From assembly GCA_964434715.1 (NCBI GenBank), contig CAYSWC010000001.1, forward strand, positions 101,037 to 137,050: a stretch of DNA of 36,014 nt, given 5' to 3'. Below are positions 33,401-36,014 of this stretch, piece by piece (the first letter of the stretch is position 1; each line of letters starts with the position of its first letter). The notes beneath the pieces are model-generated. The model was given only the letters and a program-made list of their open reading frames with translations, was not told the DNA's origin and did not search any database. Source of the DNA: an uncultured Candidatus Saccharibacteria bacterium (GTDB lineage: Bacteria; Patescibacteriota; Minisyncoccia; UBA6257; 1-14-0-10-40-38). The translations under genes and the position numbers were made by a program.

Positions 33401-34279
33401 GACTTGGGCTGAACCAGCATCAACTTCTGCCAAGCTTAGACTGATTATTTGACCATTGTAATCATTCTGGTCGGCATCGGAATCGCCGGCTAGAGTCATG
33501 GCCCGCGTCTGGCCAGCTGAAACTGTAAACTGTTGTGTAAGCTTAAGGCGGTGATCAGAGCCAAAGGTTTTGGTATCGCCCAGGCGGAAACCATCTTGAT
33601 CAAGAAGGATAACGCCGTTAAAAGCAGCGTCGTTAGCCTGACCAGTTCTCTGTACGGTCAATGATTTTACCGTAACATCGCCGTCAGACGAAGCCGTGAA
33701 ATTAAGAACGGTGAATGGATGACTGGCAAAGCTCTCGCCGAACAGACCGGCTGCCGGCTGATTAGGAGCCAAGGTAACCGTAAGCCCGGTGCCAGCTGCG
33801 ACTGGGGGCGGCGGTCCTGGCGGTCCTGGTGGCGGCGGTGGCGCGGCTGCGAGTGAAGCGTATTTAGCCCTAGAAATTGAGCCAAAATAGCCGACTGCTG
33901 GAGACACGCCATTGGCTGCCTGCCAAGCCGCTACTGCTGTTCGGGTTCGAGAACCGAAATAAGTGGTCTCACTTCCCGAAGAGCCAGCGCCGCTTGAGGC
34001 TACTGGAAATCCAGCGCCATTCAGGTATTGCTGTAAGCACTTAACGTCATCGCCTCTTGAACCAACTGTGAGGGAGCTGGTAAAAGTACAAGCGGTTGCC
34101 GTGCCAGTGCCGCCAGTTTGCAGAGCCAGAAGTTGAGCTTGAAGTACGGCGATCTGGTCTAATAATTCCTGAATGGTAACAGCATGAGCTGTAGGAACTA
34201 AAAAGCCAGCGCCGGAAAGCCAGACAACAGTCGTAATCGAAATAAAAATCGCTGCAATCTTACTTAATTTACTACTCAT
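30461..34279 (-). CDS. Large secreted cell-wall-associated repeat protein (signal peptide, coiled coil, PG_binding_1-like domain, Pro-rich linker, then about six diverged beta-rich repeats); candidate S-layer or surface glycoprotein
   Basis: 1272 aa. The signal peptide is MSSKLSKIAAIFISITTVVWLSGAGFLVPTAHA. It is followed by IQELLDQIAVLQAQLLALQ, then the peptidoglycan-binding-like LTVGSRGDDVKCLQQYLN...TRTAVAAWQAANGV, then AAAPPPPPGPPGPPPPVAAG. After that come repeats of about 130-150 aa, rich in Thr/Ser/Gly/Ala, with recurring ...L..F...A...ED[IV]...S[IL] ... L.D....[VL] ... G....[LY].[IL].G[DKN]... patterns. Confidence 0.78.
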   Translation of the reverse strand: MSSKLSKIAAIFISITTVVWLSGAGFLVPTAHAVTIQELLDQIAVLQAQLLALQTGGTGTATACTFTSSLTVGSRGDDVKCLQQYLNGAGFPVASSGAGSSGSETTYFGSRTRTAVAAWQAANGVSPAVGYFGSISRAKYASLAAAPPPPPGPPGPPPPVAAGTGLTVTLAPNQPAAGLFGESFASHPFTVLNFTASSDGDVTVKSLTVQRTGQANDAAFNGVILLDQDGFRLGDTKTFGSDHRLKLTQQFTVSAGQTRAMTLAGDSDADQNDYNGQIISLSLAEVDAGSAQVNASFPLTGTAHTVNSTLAIGTLTLERGSLDPGTNITKEIGTTGYTFSSLKLIAGANEDISLQSIRWNQSGSAASSDLSNIKIYVGTAGSGSDPSFDATVSDDGKYFRATFGSGITILKGENSEVYIKGDVVSGSNRGIDFDLYRGADVKLVGKTYGYAILPGGVSGSHTATDDDGSLGSANPNFDAYEVTIGAGSVTVEKATSVGAQNIAENLGDQVLGGFTADVKGESISVAAMNFDVSLTEAAGTGSSIDTNDITNIKLVRQSDGTVVAGPVDGVAGGNNAVRLTDTVTLPVGRNTYVLKGKLGTDFSQNDLVAASTTPSSDWTTVRGVESSQTVTPSGGTITMSTMTVKTGALTFALSTDTASSSPDLNVVAGSNAVTFAKYVLDASESGEDLRATSIQLDLITSQPGNASDDLTNCSLWDGNTALNSGTNVVNPTNSQAAGQDYTFTFDTGLIIPKGTVKTLALKCNVIAGGTVTRAGWGSAGLSTAANQIVVTGVTSGTAVAETTTTNSGRTIVVQSAGTLAIALDSASPSLKLAQAGTTDQTLSVLRFNSLYEDIRIDLLGLQLATSSAAGAEPNANASNSPSDLVKVTLWDGATKVGEVVFTGDYATATLANFVIPADGQKLLTIKGDLSSVNVSLSQAIPGHLISVDWDAGWGDLPDDDVREGEQGAKGVGQSSGTTIYPGTDDTATENDTASNGARILRAIPTLTKISTSGKFTNTSDQILFRFKVESPAGTNGVSLYKFHFTLATTTTSVTDYGEAGNDKGATFLVTSLRVFCYSDASFSLGSCGSSTGQLNQFGLLVADGAAANVDFSDGANGTDADSDFDVFFNPTATSGATPEAIRVSAGDTRYFELKGNVTGASSTPNISTKLHGDAAWIGVSCLDTNSDLTVSNCDYAVTPAGGVDSGSSFFTAEAALVSASVGTTTNLNYEGDFVWSDNATNSTQSVFSHSWLNGFLVPGLPTSFTAAETLGL

Positions 34280-34581
34280 AATTTATTTTTGTGACTTTTT
34301 AACTAATTAATTTGTTAATGTTTATGACCTTTTTAATTGGGGAAAGCATCGACCGTAATTCGGCTTTCCTTTTTTGTTTCTTATGATTTTTGTATTCCTT
34401 CGACGGGCTTAGGAAATAAGTTACTGTCTGAGCAAAGTCGAAGACATACTTTTTATTTAGGGAAGGAGCTATCGACCTTACCGCTTTTCCCTCCTAAATC
34501 CTCGTGAGGCAAGAACTTAGGAGGAAATTGGTGTCGCTCTGCCGTAGGCAAAGAAAATCCCCGCTTAGAAGCGAGGCCAGG

Positions 34582-34703
34582 GGAGTAATCGCTAATAATG
34601 CTAATGCGGTTCGAAATAATGCGAATAAAATATTAGCATTATTTTGTCTCCCCTCGGGAGATCTCCCGTAGGGAGACCCATTCGCATTATTAGCGATTAC
34701 TCC
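34582..34703. repeat. Nested inverted-repeat element: a possible structured RNA in the surface-protein leader, or a MITE-like palindromic element
   Basis: The outer inverted repeat is a perfect 20 bp: ggagtaatcgctaataatgc (34582-34601) pairs with gcattattagcgattactcc (34684-34703), plus 4 more bp after one mismatch. Inside are a 9-bp hairpin (34614-34622 / 34636-34644) and two tandem 6-bp hairpins, tctccc-ctc-gggaga and tctccc-gta-gggaga (34647-34676). Confidence 0.7.
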
Positions 34704-34842
34704 GGACTGCTTAGCCTCACACTAAGCAATTACGATTATATCAAAGAATCCAAAAACCGGTGCGGGAACGCCTGTGAATAACTCGGGGAAAACTTACTTT
34801 CTTAAATCTTATAACGAAGCTAAGTTGAGTTTATTACAACTT

Positions 34843-34863
34843 GTCCCTAGTCCCTAGTCCCTA
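34843..34863. repeat. Perfect heptanucleotide tandem repeat gtcccta x3 (intergenic)
   Basis: It lies 9-29 nt downstream of the stop of the winged-helix gene and shows that the heptamer repeats are not confined to coding DNA. Confidence 0.9.
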
Positions 34864-34871
34864 TGGGCCTA

Positions 34872-35672
34872 TTAGATAACCCTTATCTTATAAAGCGTAG
34901 CTCGCCCCCCGCCAGATCGCTCAAGAAGGCCTTGATTACACAGGCGTTGGAGGTCATATCTTATGGTCCTGCCGCTAAAATCAGGAAAAGAAGCCACAAT
35001 TTCCCTAAAAGGCACTGGTTTATTGCCGGACTCACGGATTCGCTCCACAATTGCCGATTCCCGGTTTGCCGCATTAGCCCAATCTTCTAAAAGGTTTTTC
35101 TCGGCAACCAGCTTATTTACAACCTCATCAATTCCGACGCTTCGGTCGGAATCCCGACCTTTTGGCGTCGGGATTGCCGGATTATTGCCCGATTCTTTTG
35201 CAGGATTATTGCCGGATTTATCCTGATCCTGTCGAAGGATTGCAGGATTATTTCCGGATTCTTTTGCCGGTTCTTTGCCGACTTTGCCTGATTTAGCGAC
35301 TTTCCTTGCCGGTTTTACCGCCTCAAAAAGTGTTGCTGGCCTGGAAAAAATTGATTCAATACTTGGTATTTTCTCCAAATCAGGCAATGACAATTCGGCA
35401 ATTTGCCGGATTGCCGCATTTAAATTGCCTAATTCCTGAAGCAAAATATCGGCATTGACTGGCTCAATTTCATAGATAATCCTGCCGAATTTAATCATGC
35501 CCTCCAAGGTTGCCGAGGTCTTTGAAAATGCTGCAAAATCGCGCGTTGATACCTGCTCTAAGAGCTCAAAAGCCAAATCTTCCAGTTTGTGCCGGAATCT
35601 CGGACGCCGGGCATAGACCGATATTTTAATAAGAGCCAAACTGATTTCCTGGGCTTTTTGGTCAGCAAACAT
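34872..35672 (-). CDS. DNA-binding protein with a C-terminal DeoR-like winged-helix domain, a helical N-terminal domain and an internal ESGNNPA repeat linker
   Basis: 266 aa. The C-terminus is FREIVASFPDFSGRTIRYDLQRLCNQGLLERSGGGRATLYKI (S-x-x-TIR-x-DL-x-x-L ... GGG pattern). The middle is PAKESGNNPAILRQDQDKSGNNPAKESGNNPAI. No SD is visible, and TATGAT lies just upstream of the ATG. Confidence 0.62.
   Translation of the reverse strand: MFADQKAQEISLALIKISVYARRPRFRHKLEDLAFELLEQVSTRDFAAFSKTSATLEGMIKFGRIIYEIEPVNADILLQELGNLNAAIRQIAELSLPDLEKIPSIESIFSRPATLFEAVKPARKVAKSGKVGKEPAKESGNNPAILRQDQDKSGNNPAKESGNNPAIPTPKGRDSDRSVGIDEVVNKLVAEKNLLEDWANAANRESAIVERIRESGNKPVPFREIVASFPDFSGRTIRYDLQRLCNQGLLERSGGGRATLYKIRVI
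35171..35267. repeat. 31-nt direct repeat (3 mismatches) plus a partial middle copy inside the winged-helix gene
   Basis: The first copy is ggattgccggattattgcccgattcttttgc (35171-35201) and the second is ggattgcaggattatttccggattcttttgc (35237-35267), 66 nt apart. A partial copy lies at 35202-35219. They encode the ESGNNPA repeats. ttgcaggatt is the reverse complement of aatcctgcaa at 35794-35803. Confidence 0.8.
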
Positions 35673-35760
35673 ATACTAATCATAGTAAGAAATACGGCAA
35701 GGCTGGTCAATACCCCACAGCATTATTCGGAAAGAACCGTAATCCGGCAAAAAATCCTGT

Positions 35761-35790
35761 CACCCTACGGGTGATCTCCCGAAGGGAGAC
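35761..35790. repeat. GC-rich double-hairpin module flanked by 10-nt direct repeats
   Basis: It consists of caccc-tac-gggtg followed by tctccc-gaa-gggaga. aaaaatcctg occurs at 35750-35759 and again at 35791-35800. The 18-mer gatctcccgaagggagac matches 34660-34677 (gatctcccgtagggagac) with one mismatch. Confidence 0.75.
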
Positions 35791-35805
35791 AAAAATCCTG
35801 CAAGG

Positions 35806-35938
35806 AGGTAGCACAAAGTTACATGAGGTTGCGCGATGTTACAAGAGGTTACGAGAGGTTACGGGAAACCTCCTGCAACCTTGTGTAACCTTAATGTAAC
35901 CACATGTAACCTCCTATAACCTAAACCTAATGTAACCT
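35806..35938. promoter_or_regulatory. Phased array of GGTTAC-like repeats: six direct units with exact 10-nt spacing followed by seven inverted units (an imperfect palindrome of about 130 nt)
   Basis: The forward units start at 35806, 35816, 35826, 35836, 35846 and 35856 (aggtagc, aagttac, aggttgc, atgttac, aggttac, aggttac). The reverse units (gcaacc, gtaacc x3, ataacc, aaacc, gtaacc) start at 35875, 35885, 35896, 35906, 35916, 35923 and 35932. The central 6-bp stem is gaggtt/aacctc. The array lies 134-266 nt upstream of the winged-helix gene start. Confidence 0.7.
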
Positions 35939-36014
35939 TCTTGGCTTATATGCTCCACCTGCTGGTCATAAAAATCAGGATAATTAAGACTATTAGTATA
36001 GAGACGTCGGTCAA

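Noticed and set aside
30523-33912. Eleven 70-163-aa ORFs overlapping the 1272-aa gene on both strands (for example 30533-31024, 32082-32399, 33667-33912)
   Set aside because: They lie entirely within a long, coherent, domain-bearing ORF. They are low-complexity Ala/Ser/Arg/Pro shadow frames, as expected from the biased composition of that gene. The same applies to the other short overlapping ORFs listed inside the enzyme genes.
34341-34376. Hairpin ggaaagc/gctttcc followed by T6 as a terminator
   Set aside because: The T tract follows the stem only on the plus strand, where there is no upstream gene to terminate. On the minus strand, the direction of both neighbouring genes, there is no U tract. 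I treat it as part of the structured leader.
34531-34671. Plus-strand 46-codon ORF with a perfect AGGAGG and a GTG 6 nt downstream
   Set aside because: The geometry is good. However, the frame runs straight through the inverted repeats, so its ANNAN and hairpin-derived peptides look like by-products of the palindromes. It is antisense to all neighbouring transcription and has no recognisable features. It is not supportable without conservation data.
35806-35938. GGTTAC array, or the heptamer patches, as a CRISPR array
   Set aside because: The units are 7-11 nt with no unique spacers of 25-40 nt, no repeat of CRISPR length and no cas genes. The two halves of the array are in inverted orientation.
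1-36014. Prophage, transposon, integron, toxin-antitoxin system or known defence system; also tRNA, rRNA, tmRNA or SRP RNA genes
   Set aside because: I recognised no integrase, transposase, recombinase, nuclease/helicase/ATPase defence hallmarks or capsid/terminase genes. No cloverleaf or conserved RNA motifs were found in the few non-coding stretches. A covariance-model scan would be needed to exclude small RNAs.

Overview
The window is a densely packed cell-envelope glycan and surface-protein locus of about 36 kb. All family calls come from reading motifs in the translations. No database search was run.

General features:
- I call 28 CDS, 25 of them on the minus strand.
- Many neighbouring genes overlap by 4 nt in an ATGA start/stop arrangement, which implies long translationally coupled operons.
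- TGA is used as a stop codon, so the standard bacterial code applies.
- The gene style suggests a small-genome, Patescibacteria/CPR-like organism. This is inference only. The features behind it are moderately AT-rich DNA, tiny intergenic gaps, many GT4 genes and a large Thr/Ser/Gly-rich wall protein.

Content from left to right:
1. A partial B12-binding-domain (radical SAM-like) gene.
2. A polytopic membrane protein.
3. A nonulosonic (sialic-like) acid module: SDR, Gfo/Idh/MocA oxidoreductase, CMP-sugar cytidylyltransferase, NeuB-type synthase and KdsC-type phosphatase. It is interrupted by an opposite-strand orphan with two pol-beta-type nucleotidyltransferase motifs.
4. An Arn-like module flanked by two YfhO-like GT-C membrane transferases. 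It contains an RmlB dehydratase, a WecE-family aminotransferase, a sugar N-formyltransferase and a DPM1/ArnC-like GT2.
5. Two methyltransferases, a Wzx-like flippase, two TagF-like GT-B paralogs and six GT4 domains, two of them fused in one gene.
6. A TPR membrane protein.
7. A 1272-aa secreted peptidoglycan-binding repeat protein, a candidate S-layer or wall protein. It follows a 590-nt highly structured leader.
8. A winged-helix protein gene preceded by a phased palindromic array of GGTTAC repeats.

Observations at the DNA level:
- At least nine patches of heptanucleotide-periodic tandem repeats, mostly in frame inside GT4 genes.
- A 57-nt in-frame insertion with 12-nt flanking direct repeats.
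- A dispersed GC-rich double-hairpin module.
- Strong gene-to-gene GC heterogeneity.

I recognised no rRNA, tRNA, CRISPR array, transposase, integrase or known defence gene.
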